DNA of 64,000 bases from Macrostomum lignano (lineage: Eukaryota): NCBI GenBank assembly GCA_002269645.1, contig NIVC01003836.1:1-64000 (forward strand). Reading direction: 5' to 3'. The notes beneath the pieces are model-generated. The model was not told the origin of the DNA. It made no database searches and saw nothing but the letters and a program-made list of their open reading frames with translations. Shown one piece after another: positions 46,701-59,712 of the stretch (position 1 is its first letter; each line of letters starts with the position of its first letter). A program made the translations under genes and the position numbers.

Positions 46701-49547
46701 ACCTCTCCCCTACATCTCCCCTACCTCTCCCCTACATCTCCCCTACCTCTCCCCTACCTCTCCCCTACCTCTCCCCTAACTCTCCCCTACCTCTCCCCTA
46801 TCTCTCCCCTACCTCTCCCCTACATCTCCCCTACATCTCCCCTACATCTCCTCTACCTCTCCCCTACCTCTCCCCTACCTCTCCCCTACCTCTCCCCTAC
46901 CTCTCCCCTACCTCTCCCCTACATCTCCTCTACCTCTCCCCTACCTCTCCCCTACCTCTCCCCTACATCTCCCCTACCTCTCCCCTACATCTCCTCTACC
47001 TCTCCCCTACATCTCCCCTACCTCTCCCCTACATCTCCCCTATCTGTCCCCTACCTCTCCCCTACCTCTCCCTATCTGTCCCTATCTGTCCCCTATATTT
47101 CCCTTATCTCTCCCCTATCTCTCCCCTTTTTTTACCTTATCTCCCCTATCTTTCCCTTATCTCCTCTATCCTTCCGGTTCCCTACCTCTCCCCTCTTTTC
47201 CCTCTCTCTCCTCTATCTACGATCTCTCCTCATCTCTACTCAATCCAATCCCCTCTCCTCCAACCCTCTCTCGCAGACTGCTCACCTCCATCTCATCCGA
47301 TCCCCGCCTGTCGTACAGGGTGACGGCCAGCTCGGTGCCGCAGCCGAACACGGAGCCGTCCGCAAGCAGCGGCAGCAGGTGATAAGCGGCATCGCCGCAG
47401 GCGGCCGTCACGGTGACGCGAAGCGGACGAGATTTTGCTCGCAACGCGGACGTCTCCGCGTCCAGTTTGGCCTTGTAGCGAGTGTTGTCATTGGCAACCG
47501 CCCGCTGCTGGGGACTCGTCATGTCCGACTCGAAGTCGTAGTAAGCTGATTGAATGATGTAAAGAATAGTAAAAAGAGTGGCTGGATTGTTGTGTCGTGG
47601 CAAGGAGCCCGTAAAAGGGCCGTTTTTCTGACTAACTAAAAAGGGGTATTTTTTCCTACTACTCTACTTAAAGTAGTGCAGTTCATAAATCATTCGTATA
47701 ATGTATTTTGGAATCACGTGACATTTTGGGGTTTCTAATTTATTGATTGTGTAATAATTTATTGTTGGATGTCAAATATAAGCGCGGGTTGTCCTAAGGG
47801 AGCTCTTGTTCTTGTTTACCGGCAAAAGTCTTACCTGCCTAAGTACTCGTTTGTTTTTCCTGTGTTAGTCTATCGAGACACCACATGGATACTCGTAGTT
47901 AGCGAATCAGCAGGTGACTTTGGAAACTGTACATCTGCTCTGAATTTCTCATACACCTTTATTCCTTCTTTCCTTGGGAGGAAAGCGTTGACCCTTCATA
48001 GGCTCTGTAATAAGCTCTTTAAGTCTTGCGCCACTCAAGTCAAGAACTCGCTTTGAAATCATTGCTGCAAAAATTCTGTATGAAACTTTGCGGCATCTTT
48101 GTTTGGGTTTTCCAATTTGGAAGCTGCAGACATCTGACCCATTCTGACGCTTAAAAGACACCAGAAACGTCGCCACCGGGGGTGACAGGGGGACAGGGGC
48201 CAATGCTTTGCCCGCCACCCCACCTTTGTTGACCTGTTATGGAAATCAATAATTTTGCTTCAGGGCAACAAAAATGGTGCCTACGGCGCTAAAATGAGTG
48301 CCTGTGGCGCTAAAATGAGTGCCTGTGGCGCTAAAATGAGTGCCTGTGGCGCTAAAATGAGTGCCTGTGGCGCTAAAATGAGTGCCTGTGGCGCTAAAAT
48401 GCGTGCCTGCGGCGCTAAAATGAGTTCTTGTGGCGCTAAAATGAGTGCCTGTGGCGCTAAACTGCGTGCCTGCGGCGCTAAAATGAGTGCCTGCGGCGCT
48501 AAAATGAGTGCCTGTGGCGCTAAAATGATCGCTGACAACACCGATTCTGAAAATAATGTACATTTAGGAATTTAGTCGCGTACATGAACATGCAGAATTC
48601 TTGGCTTTGTCCCCCCCACCATAAAATCCATGGCGAAGCCCCTGAAAGACACCCAGTTCAAAGTTCAACACACGAAGTTGGCTAGATCAAGGCACCTAAA
48701 AAATCTCGAAGACTTGATACGAGTTGAGTAGAGTTTTTCAATTTGAGTACTTCAATCTCACCTTTAGCATATTCCTGGAATTCGTTGGCGCCCCCAATCA
48801 GGACACCTTTGCCGCCTTGGTTCACCAGCTCTCGCCACACGATAGGGGATTTGTACTGATGCCAGCCGCGCTCCTCGCAGCACTGACGGGACCAGTCCTG
48901 GCGAAATAAAATGGCCAATGCAGACTTCTTTTGGCTTAAACAGAATTTTATATCAAAGTTTATAGAAGGACCCGCCAATTGTGTAAATTCACAGTATTTT
49001 ACAACAAGGTGCGCCCACCTAGTTTATAAATCTATGTAAATTTATTGAGCGTCGCTTCTTTCAATTTTTTTCTTGACAAACTTGTAAGTTCAACTCGAAC
49101 AAAACGCATAGTCTTTTTTCGTTTTGTTTGAATTCGGAAGTCCAGAAGGTGACATGGCTATTGTGAGTTTTGACGATTTTCTCACCGGCCATTCCTCTGG
49201 AGTTTTCACGATCTTCGTCAATTTGAAGGCTGGCAAATTCTTGGCTAAATAATCGGCCAGTAGTTCTACTCTGGCATAGTACGGACAGTCTGATGAGCCT
49301 AAAATGTATTATTTTGTTTTTATGTTTGATGATGTGCGGCGTAAATATCCTTTATGCAAAATCAGTTAGTGACGAAAATTCAATGATTACTCGTATTAGC
49401 AAAGTATGATTGAATATTTTGAATACATTTATAAAAGGATACGAATCACTAAATTTTTACATAATTTACATCAATTTTTGGATATATATGGCATTACTGA
49501 GTATTCGCAACTGAGAAAAACTTACCAGCAATAACAATTTTTGCCAT
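40707..49547 (-). CDS. MDH1B: Putative malate dehydrogenase 1B, with several frameshifts in exons 5-6
   Basis: Exons 49547-49526 (MAKIVIA), 49298-49186 (GSSDCPYYARVELLADYLAKNLP), 48897-48762 (SPIVWRELVNQGGKGVLIGGANEF), 47545-47286 (RPLRVTVTAA..YHLLPLL..VFG), about 43315-43060, 42513-41978 (VIWGD..GAVTGP..DQEWV..TSLGIASK), 41555-41425 (WYGIPEGVVFSFPV), and possibly 40760-40707. The N-terminal extension is diagnostic for MDH1B rather than MDH1. Confidence 0.85.
40805..41411. repeat. 15/16-bp minisatellite (catcgggatcaggtga)n
   Basis: About 38 tandem units directly after the penultimate MDH1B exon. Confidence 0.96.
41630..41958. repeat. 33-bp minisatellite (gggagaactcagtcacattggtacaggatcagt)n, intronic
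   Basis: About 10 tandem units. Confidence 0.93.
42575..42881 (+). mobile_element. tRNA-derived SINE copy B (in an MDH1B intron, antisense to the gene)
   Basis: ggggccgtagcccagtg..ggctcgattccaagtgcagtc; body as in copies A and C, with two internal deletions. Confidence 0.75.
43378..43542. mobile_element. Short MITE-like element with TIRs aggggcgtagccag / ctggctaagccccc
   Basis: 14-bp imperfect TIRs and two internal copies of ggcgcccctggtgctaaa. Confidence 0.65.
43910..47205. repeat. 3.3-kb 11-bp polypyrimidine satellite (ctctcccctac)n in an MDH1B intron
   Basis: About 300 units with variants (tacatc, tatctc, taactc) arranged in higher-order blocks. Confidence 0.97.
48160..48644. mobile_element. 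MITE-like element containing a 21-bp array (ggcgctaaaatgagtgcctgt)n
   Basis: Left end cagaaacgtcgcca and right end tggcgaagcccctg; array at 48285-48530. Confidence 0.55.
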
Positions 49548-49949
49548 ATTTATCCCGCCTTTTAATTGCTTGCAAGTAGAAGCGAAAACAAAAACTAAGC
49601 CTAGGCCCCTAACCGTTTCTTGGAAGTTGCCATGACTCCCTAAAAGTCAAAAAAATCAAAATGCAATGAGCAGAAAATCAAATTTTAATCTGCATATATA
49701 AATTGTTTTATTGCATTTTAATTAAAGCGAAATTTAGCACAGTTAACAACACTAAAAAATGGAATACTATCGAGGAAAGACATAATATACGAATGACTAA
49801 TTCGCGCTATTCAAATCTGGACACATTGGCACTTCTTTTTCTTCCCCGAAATTGGCTGATTTAGCCTGATTAGCCTTGCCTTGCCTAGATTGCTCTTGTA
49901 TCAACCCGGCATTTGTTCGTTAATGTTCGTTCGTTAACTGCTTTTGTAG

Positions 49950-50390
49950 GTCCATGGCTTGGCAGCGTGCAAAATCTTGTTGCCAAAGGGCAAGTACTCA
50001 CGAAGCTTTGACGTACCTATGCAAAAAATTTTGGACAGACTGCAGACAAACTTTCTGATCATCAGCTGCCATGTTGTTGAAAAGGTGTCTGGCTGACTCT
50101 CCAATACGCAGCTGGTAGGGTGATAGCTGAATTATAATGTCTGTCTCATCTACCGTCCAAAACTTTTCGGCCTTCGGGCAGACTTTGCTGCTTGACGAAG
50201 CGCAGAAGCCATTGCTTCATGATATTGGTGAGCTCATTGTATAGCTCCTGTATATGACATCCCTCCTGATAGAAGAGGAGCTCTAACTGCTGAAGCAGCT
50301 TTAAAAGCTTAGCTAGGATTAGGAAGCAGAGAAAGAACTCGATCTTAGAGTCCTCCAGAGTGCCTTTGATGCTTGAATTTTTGGGGACAT
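49950..50390 (-). pseudogene. Degenerate hAT-superfamily transposase fragment
   Basis: Manual translation GTLEDSKIEFFLCFL...LELLFYQEGCHIQELYNELTNIMKQWLLRFVK...LREYLPFGNKIL resembles the FQ.E...IH.L...+K.LL.RF.K and L...LP..N segments of hAT-like transposases; interrupted by stops and frameshifts. Confidence 0.45.
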
Positions 50391-51545
50391 TATGCTTGGA
50401 TGGCTTTACTTAAATGAAGTAAAGATATTCAATTCAATTCAATCAAGGAAAAATGCATAGCTTTCAAAACACAAAGGTCTCATTTCCTATCGTTTATAAA
50501 TTGGTTTGTTAATTAGACATTACAATACCATTATTATTCAATTTATTTGAAAAAGTAAAGTTTATTTGAGATAATTAGAAAGATATTTTGAATTGTAAGT
50601 TATTCAATGCCTTGCTTTAGATTCAAACTTTGGATGAAAGTAAATACACATGCTGCAAATTGTTGTAAATAAAATTTTGCATTCATAGCAGTCTTATATA
50701 GAGATTTGGCACATGGAAAAGAAAAATGCATTTTAAATATTATAAAATAAATATGTTATAGAATGTATGTATGTTATAATATGTCAATTTAAGCATAGAA
50801 GATACACAAAACATTGAAGTATAGAATGCAAACACTGAACACCAAACAATAAAATTTAAATACAAAAACTGAACATTGGAAAGTGTAGCATTCAATTCAG
50901 AATATACAGACAGTGGTAGGAATGAGGAGTAGGGTCGCCTTTTTTGAGTCCCAGAAAAGTTTTTGAACCAAACTATTTTTAAAAGAGACTTGTAAATCAT
51001 AGATACTAATTCTTTATTTTTCAGGAAATGTTTTTGTAGGCTCAAACTAAATAACATTTATAAATACAAAACAACTAGTAGCATAAATACTTACTAAACA
51101 ATGTCTACAAAGGTTGAACTGTTGTACTGTTTCTCGTATCTTTTAACTAAAGTAATAACATTGAGTAAACCTGATACAAAAGAAATTTAAAAGACTAAGA
51201 GAGTGAGACATGCTTTCAGTAGTCGATGTCAACACTAAAAATAAAAAAGTGTCATTCCAATCCCTCTCCCACTTTCTCTCTCCCTCACGCCAAGGCATCA
51301 AAGGCATCTGTGAAAGATTAGTCAATAAAGAATAAGACTTAGCAAAGGAAAAATCCGGGCCATTAGGTACAAAGAAATTTGGGGCACCCAGGCATTTGGG
51401 CCTGGCCCAAATTCGGGCCTTATTCCCCCACTGCATACAGAGGCTCAAGCCCAAAGAATTGGGAAAAATTGCTTCAGACAAATAGAGTCCACTAAAGTGA
51501 CTCAGCATAAATAAGTTCGGCTTGCTAAATAAAAGACAAAATTGC

Positions 51546-52810
51546 TTATTCAGTCTTTAAAAGAATTTTAGTCACCATTCTGTCTGAACTGTTTAAGCCT
51601 TTGTTTGGCTTCTGAAAGCTATAAATAATCTCTAGCACCTCAATCGCATTCTCAATCACTTTGTGCTTCAAGTTCAGGGCCAAGTAGTTGTAGGCGCTCA
51701 AAGTTTTCCATTGTACTAAACAGGCTAGAAAAGTAAAGTTTTGCTTAGATTGCATTTCTAGAGGTACATTAAGAATCTTATAATAAATTGCTAATAGCTT
51801 ATGTTTAGTTTTTGCCTTTCCAATTAGGTTACATAACTTCAAATTCATCAGTATAAAGTGACAGATAAATTGCTTTACTATATTGCTCAGAGACTAACAA
51901 TGGAGCAATATAGTCTTTGAAATATAGAAATAAATAAAAAAAATGATCCTTTCTCTTCAATCTTTGTGCCTAGAATAATCTGATAAAAATTTGGGTCTTG
52001 CAAGAGTGTAGTAAGAGTATTAGAAATTGGAACATAATACATTGCTGATGACTTTGGAAAAGTAGGAATTTCAATAGGCTCTACATACCTAAAGTTTTGC
52101 TTGAGGTATTACAAGAGCTGCCTATCAATAACAATAATATCATGGTAAGCATCAAAAAAACTATTCAAATTTATACTACGCATAATGTCCTGCATTTGCT
52201 CATTATCAATATTATGCTCCTTCAAAACTTGTTCAACAAGAGAAGTAAATGAGTATAAAAAAGTTGATAGAATATCATAAAGCTCACTAGTTAGGCCCTT
52301 TGCAATACTATGAGGTAAGCTATGAAAATTGCAAGAGTTAATCAAAAAGAGAATTATCTTATGTGCTATATCATTCTTAAGCTGCCCCTTTAAGTCAGTT
52401 GAAGTACCATCTCTTCTGTTTTCCATTAAAACATTGGCTATAGCTAAACAATCATAGGCACTTATAGTATTAGTAGGCTGCTATCGAATAGTACGACTAT
52501 GATGAGCATGATCTCTGACACTAGAACTTGAATTAGAACCAGAAGAACTACCCTGATCAAGAGGAAGCAATGGATCAAGCATTGGCAATGTGGTAAAGTT
52601 GCAAGAAGTTGCCTTTTTAAAAAGTCTAAAAAATGGCTTCATTGCAAATGCCAAATAACAAGTAATTTTGACTTTTTGACAACTTAAAGCTTCTATTCTT
52701 GACAAACTTGTTGGCACAAAAGTACTTGTAGTGATAAAAAACAATTGTCTAGTCATTGTCCTTAAAGTTGCATTTACAACAATATAAAAACAAAAGTCCA
52801 AGCTGAACAT
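51546..52810 (-). pseudogene. Degenerate CMC/EnSpm-type (animal CACTA-like) transposase relic
   Basis: YTDEF..CN.IGKAKTKHKLLAIYYKILNVP..QSKQNFTFLACLV matches the D.FE..NP.G...KHK..A.Y....N.P motif of this superfamily; an upstream helical segment (52109-52426) and Cys/His remnants are also present. Broken reading frames. Confidence 0.55.
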
Positions 52811-54491
52811 CTTTAAGAGGAGAAAGCATGTTTTTAATCACAAAAATGTCTTAATTGGAGTAAAAAATGAAAATATGGTAGATAATTTGCACTTGGTTTG
52901 ATTGAAGGTAAATTTCTGAATCAATTATTAGCTGAGTGCCAGCAATTTCAGAACAATAATGTCATGTAGAGAATGATCAAGATGGCTTATCACCTCAGAC
53001 AAGTCACAAAATGAAAATGCTATTTTTTTCATTTAAATAATGCAGACTAAAACAAAGCAAAGGCAAATGTTTGTTTGCTTAGTACATTTTCATAAATAAA
53101 CTTTTGAGGCATATATTATTTATGCATTATGTTGATTCCAAAATCTCCCTTAGCATTAAGTTGTAACTTTGAATCCATATGATAAAAGGCCAGAAGGCAG
53201 CATCCTTATCTGAAAAGTGGAATGCAGTGATATACAGATTACATTAAATATGTCTCTTTATAGAAAAACTGGTTGCCACTTTTGGCCACTTTACAGCCAC
53301 ATCATTTTTTGGCCACTCTGTCTACTCTTTGGCCACTTTATTTTTACAGTGTATCTCACTTCTCTTCCTATTGTCCTCTCCCTTCTCCCTATTTCTTTCT
53401 GAGTCTTCTTGTTCTTATTCAACAATAAATAAGAATATTCAAAATGCTTTGCTTCTGCTGAGACTTTCATAAATTAGACTTTCTTAAATACATGAAACAA
53501 AAACGAGATGTACAAGCGTAAGATGAAGAAGGTACTGCTTCCAACACAAATTTGAGGAAAACAATGGCACAAAAGTTCACAAGGCTGAAATTTGTGCCTG
53601 GCCTTAATATTTGCAGATTCACACTTCTTTCATGAATTTTGCGCCATGGTAAGACCACTGTAATACCACTACATCTATTCTTGATGACTTGGACTAAGAT
53701 TATACCATAAGACATTTTGTCTGTTCTATGACAAGACAAGAATAATGGCATCTTATTGTGTCAAACTGCACCCAACTGACAATTATTTTAGTTTATATTT
53801 GTGTCACCTTTTTCATAGGATCACTATTGCAGATTGATATAAACTGTTTTTGTTTAATGGTTTTTGTTTGACAAACACTTTTTTAACTGCTATAGCAGAA
53901 TATAATAGGAAATTATATAATATATTTGATAAAAGAACACATAAAATGATATGTAAACCAAGAGGGCCAGTAGACATGCATTAATAAACTGATATACTGG
54001 TATTGTAGCAGTATGACTATTCAAGAGCTAGGAGAACTGCAATAAGGGGTGTGAAACAGAGCCATGAAATGATAACTATAATAAGAGAACTTAAGAACCA
54101 TAATTTAAGTACCAAAAATGTTCAGGAAAAATGCAGTAAAATAAGCACACTTTTAAAACAAGTTCACTTTTAATTCTATTTGAATTCTAACAGTAAGCTT
54201 TTAGAATATTCAGAAAGCAATTTGACAAAAGTGTAAAAGTTGAACATGATTAAAAATAACAAGCTAACTTATAGACAAGTAGGTAAAACACAAACTAAAG
54301 TCATCCTATCCTGTAATTAGCATCATATCTGACTCCAGTTATATTTGAGGGCTTTACTTTACTATTTTGTACCATATTATTACATTAATTTATATCATAG
54401 AATTACTTTTTCATGTCAGCCTAATGAGTGCAAACTGTGTATTTATTGCATGCTGCAATCAAATCCAATAAACCTAATCCTTTTGTTTTAA

Positions 54492-56071
<1,580 letters not shown>

Positions 56072-56809
56072 CAAAAGCAACAAAACAAAGCATTCTTTAT
56101 TGAGCTGCTCTCTGCTGCCTCTGTCTAGTTGCTTTTCTGTTAAACTGTGGAAGAAAAGTTGAAATTATTAATCGCTTTATGGTTAGTTTGCCTGGTGAGC
56201 AGACATGATACACGTGCAGAAAATGTTACAATCCATTCTATTAAATTCTGCTCCTAAGTCCTAGCTTGCAGCTCTACTCTGTGTAAAATTAAGTTTATTG
56301 ACAATATTCAGAAGCTCTGTTTACTAGTTTGTTGACCATTAATAGATTTTTTATGTATGCAGCAATAAATTTATTGTTATCTATCTAGTTATGAGTCATT
56401 GTGTTGCTTCTGTTAATTACTCAGAAAGTTCTGAAAAAACTGATGCAAAAACCACAAAGTTACTGCTGGTTCAATCTTTTCTTAGAAGTCTAATTGGAAA
56501 ACAAAAGCTGGTTGGAAATGGCAGGTTTTCAATTACAAAAATTGTGTTTTATTAATTCCATGTTGTACATGCGCATGTTGATTTAATTAACTACTCGTCA
56601 TGTTTATTATTTAGCTTATAATAAATATACGATTTGTTTTGAATTCGTCGAGTTTTGGTTTTTTAAACTTCATAACCAATCATAGACGATTGCTTCTGTT
56701 TTTATAAAACTCAGATATTCATTTTCTTATTTACAAAATTCGATTCCAACTTCCCCGCATATTTCCAAAAAGTTTCTAGTCAATCTGTGGGTATTATGTA
56801 CTCATGCAG

Positions 56810-56900
56810 CACACGCTCACATAGGGTGCACAGCGGCCTTGAATTTCTCATCATTAGGCCACAGATACTATATCTGTGCATTAGGCGTGTACACTCTGGA
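56810..56900 (-). mobile_element. SINE central-domain fragment
   Basis: The reverse complement reads gcctaatgatgagaaattcaaggccgctgtgcaccctatgtgagcgtgtg. Confidence 0.55.
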
Positions 56901-56954
56901 ATCTGCCTGGTAAGAACGTGACAATAATCACTAGTCATTGCTAACAATTCTCGC

Positions 56955-57360
56955 TAGTGACTCTAGCGTCTTGTGAATTTTTAACGACTCAAACGACTAA
57001 ATGCGACGGAGAGCCGAGAGGCAAATGTTGAGTCGTAAGAGTCGCGAAAAAGTCGCACAAGTGTCGTGTTAGCGCTTCACTTTCTACTACCTCTAGTAGA
57101 TTAAATAGAGTTGTTATGAATGCGAAATGCGATTCTAATTCATTACTCGTAAAATAACCTAGAAGCGCTTTAGACGCAACTCCGTGATTCTATACAGCGA
57201 CTCTAGCTCGCATCAGATACGACTCAACGGTCTTAGAGCCATAATAGAAGCACCCCACAGTCGCAGACAACAAAACGCCTCTAATCTAACCGACTCTGAC
57301 GACTTTTTGGCGACTTGTACCACAACATCTCGTCGTTTTCAGAGTCGTCTAGAGTCACTT
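56955..57360. mobile_element. Possible old MITE
   Basis: Imperfect inverted ends agtgactctagcgtc / gagtcgtctagagtcact and internal cgactc/gagtcg motifs. Confidence 0.4.
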
Positions 57361-57503
57361 CTTTTCCATTTTATTTACCTGTGTTGCCCGCAACGACTGG
57401 GGCGACGCAAGTGACTCTGGGACGCTTCTTAACCTAGGTACCGTTTTTCATCGGGATGTGTCGGATGAAAGCCCTTTGAACTGTTTTCGTACAAACCGGG
57501 CCC

Positions 57504-57867
57504 GGGGGGGGGCGTAGCCCAGCGGTATAGCGGCTGCTCTGGTGTGCCAGCGACCCAGGCTCGATTCCAAGTGCAGTCACATTAATTTGGGGCTGAATTG
57601 GAATCTCGGTTTGGCTCTGCTCGTGCAATTAACGGCCTTGAGAGCCAACCCCCCAAGGCACAGTGAAGTGTACATGTCTAACGATATAAATAAAGTTAGG
57701 GCCGCTGTACACTCCTGTGTGAGTGTGTGCCTGCGTACGTATCCGCGCGCTTGTATGCCTGCTCAGGGGAGTCGGCGGAATGGGCAGTAATGCCTCTCGC
57801 CGGTTGTGTGCCTATGTCGCTTAAAGTGCGCCAGGGTGCACACAACCCCCCTGCCTCTAACAAAAAA
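57504..57867 (+). mobile_element. tRNA-derived SINE copy C (best-preserved head)
   Basis: GGGGGCGTAGCCCAGCGGTATAGCGGCTGCTCTGGTGTGCCAGCGACCCAGGCTCGATTCC with A box (TAGCCCAGCGG) and B box (GGCTCGATTCC), then the shared body and the tail ctctaacaaaaaa. Confidence 0.8.
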
Positions 57868-57886
57868 TCCCTGTGTTGCCCGCAAC

Positions 57887-59512
57887 GGGTCTACGACGTT
57901 TGCCTGCGGGACGTTTGCCAGCCGACGTTTGCCTGCGGGACGTTTGCCAGCCGACATTTGCCAGCCGACGTTTGCCAGCCGACGTTTGCCAGCGGGACGT
58001 TTGCCAGCCGACGTTTGCCTGCCGGACGTTTGCCTGCGGGACGTTTGCCAGCCGACGTTTGCCAGCCGACGGTTGCCAGCCGACATTTGCCCGCCGACGT
58101 TTGCCAGCGATACGTTTGCCAGTCGGACGTTTGCCTGCCGGACGTTTGCCAGCCGACGTTTGCCAGCCGACGTTTGCCTGCCGGAAGTTTGCCAGCCAAA
58201 ATTTGCTAGCCAATATAAAGCCAGTCAGTGAAAAATTTGATACTGAAATATTCGCAGTTTAGCGGTTTGACAAAAACCGTTTTTACTCCAACTTTCTGAC
58301 GGTTATTCGCATATATACAAGTTTGAAAGCAAAATATATAAATTATGCAATTTATATAGATTTACATCTAATATCCAGTTTAACAACGATTTTCTTTGAA
58401 TGTGAAAATATTGTTTACTTTTGACAATTTTGTATCGTTTTTCCCAGTTTGAGATGTTTGATTTTTGATGTGCGAAAGAAGACGCGCAGATTACAACGGG
58501 AATCTCCAGCGATTAAGTTATGAGGCAAACAAAAAGAGCTGCTGAGCGGTAATTCTGGCTCATATATTTCTCAGTTCATTGGGAGATCCAAAAGTAAGCA
58601 AATTGATTCCAATTCTGTTGTATTACTACTCAAGTAAGCCAGGAAACCGCGATCTCAACGTACATGTGTAGACGAGTCGAATGCGGTACGTTTGTATAGT
58701 AAGCTATATAGCTGAATAGCCAGACAAGCCGCCAGTAACAAGCTAGTAGGATAGCAAGCGCTAGACACTACGTATGCAAAGCTTAGTCATGCCAAGGACT
58801 ACTAAAGTAGTAGTACGCAGCACTCGAAATCTATGAAAAATGTTTTGAAGGCCATAGGGAGATAGGAAGTTTTCATCTTTTCAGCACAACAATTGTTATT
58901 GCTTTCATACGAGGCAAACCCAATGTTCATCTTTTGATATGTTGTGCCAAAATCGTTGTTAAACTAGATTTATATATAGTTAGATTTAGATTTTCTTAGA
59001 TTTTGATTTTCTAGATTTATACTATATTTATATATTTTGCTTTCAAACTTGTATACATGCGAATAACCGTCAAAAAGTTGGAGTAAAAACGGTTTTTGTC
59101 AAACCGCTAAACTGCGAATATTTCAGTATCAATTTTTTCACTGACTGGCTTTATATTGGCTAGCAAATTTTGGCTGGCAAACTTCCGGCAGGCAAACGTC
59201 GGCTGGCAAACGTCGGCTGGCAAACGTCCGGCAGGCAAACGTCCGGCAGGCAAACTTCGGCTGACAAACGTCCCGCTGGCAAACGTCGGCTGGCAAACGT
59301 CGGCTGGCAAATGTCGGCTGGCAAACGTCCCGCAGGCAAACGTCCGGCTGGCAAACGTCCGGCAGGCAAACGTCGGCTGGCAAACGTCCGGCAGGCAAAC
59401 GTCGGCTGGCAAACGTCCCACTGGCAAACGTCGGCTGGCAAACGTCGGCTGGCAAACGTCCGGCAGGCAAACGTCGGCTGGCAAACGTCCCGCAGGCAAA
59501 CGTCGCTATCCC
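57887..59512. mobile_element. Non-autonomous foldback/Mutator-like element, 1626 bp
   Basis: Inverted arms of about 500-550 bp, beginning GGG..CGACGTTTG and ending CAAACGTCG..CCC; each arm has an outer 14-15-bp minisatellite (gacgtttgccagcc) and an inner unique AT-rich part. 9-bp TSD GCCCGCAAC at 57878-57886 and 59513-59521. Confidence 0.88.
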
Positions 59513-59623
59513 GCCCGCAACGACTGGGGCGACGCAAGTGACTCTGGGACGCTTCTTAACCTAGGTACCGTTTTTCATCGGGATGTGTCGGATGAAAGCC
59601 CTTTGAACTGTTTTCGTACAAAC

Positions 59624-59712
59624 GGGCGGGGCCCGAAGTCATGAGTGATCAAGCGCGGCGCTCGTATGTGCCAGCGGCCCGGGCTCGATTCCAAGCGCAG
59701 TCACAATAATTC
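59624..59712 (+). mobile_element. Truncated SINE head (copy D)
   Basis: aagcgcggcgctcgtatgtgccagcggcccgggctcgattccaagcgcagtcac. Confidence 0.6.

Noticed and set aside
57504-57570. tRNA gene
   Set aside because: It has A and B boxes but no complete acceptor stem or clean anticodon arm, and it continues into a dispersed repeat body; interpreted as a SINE head.
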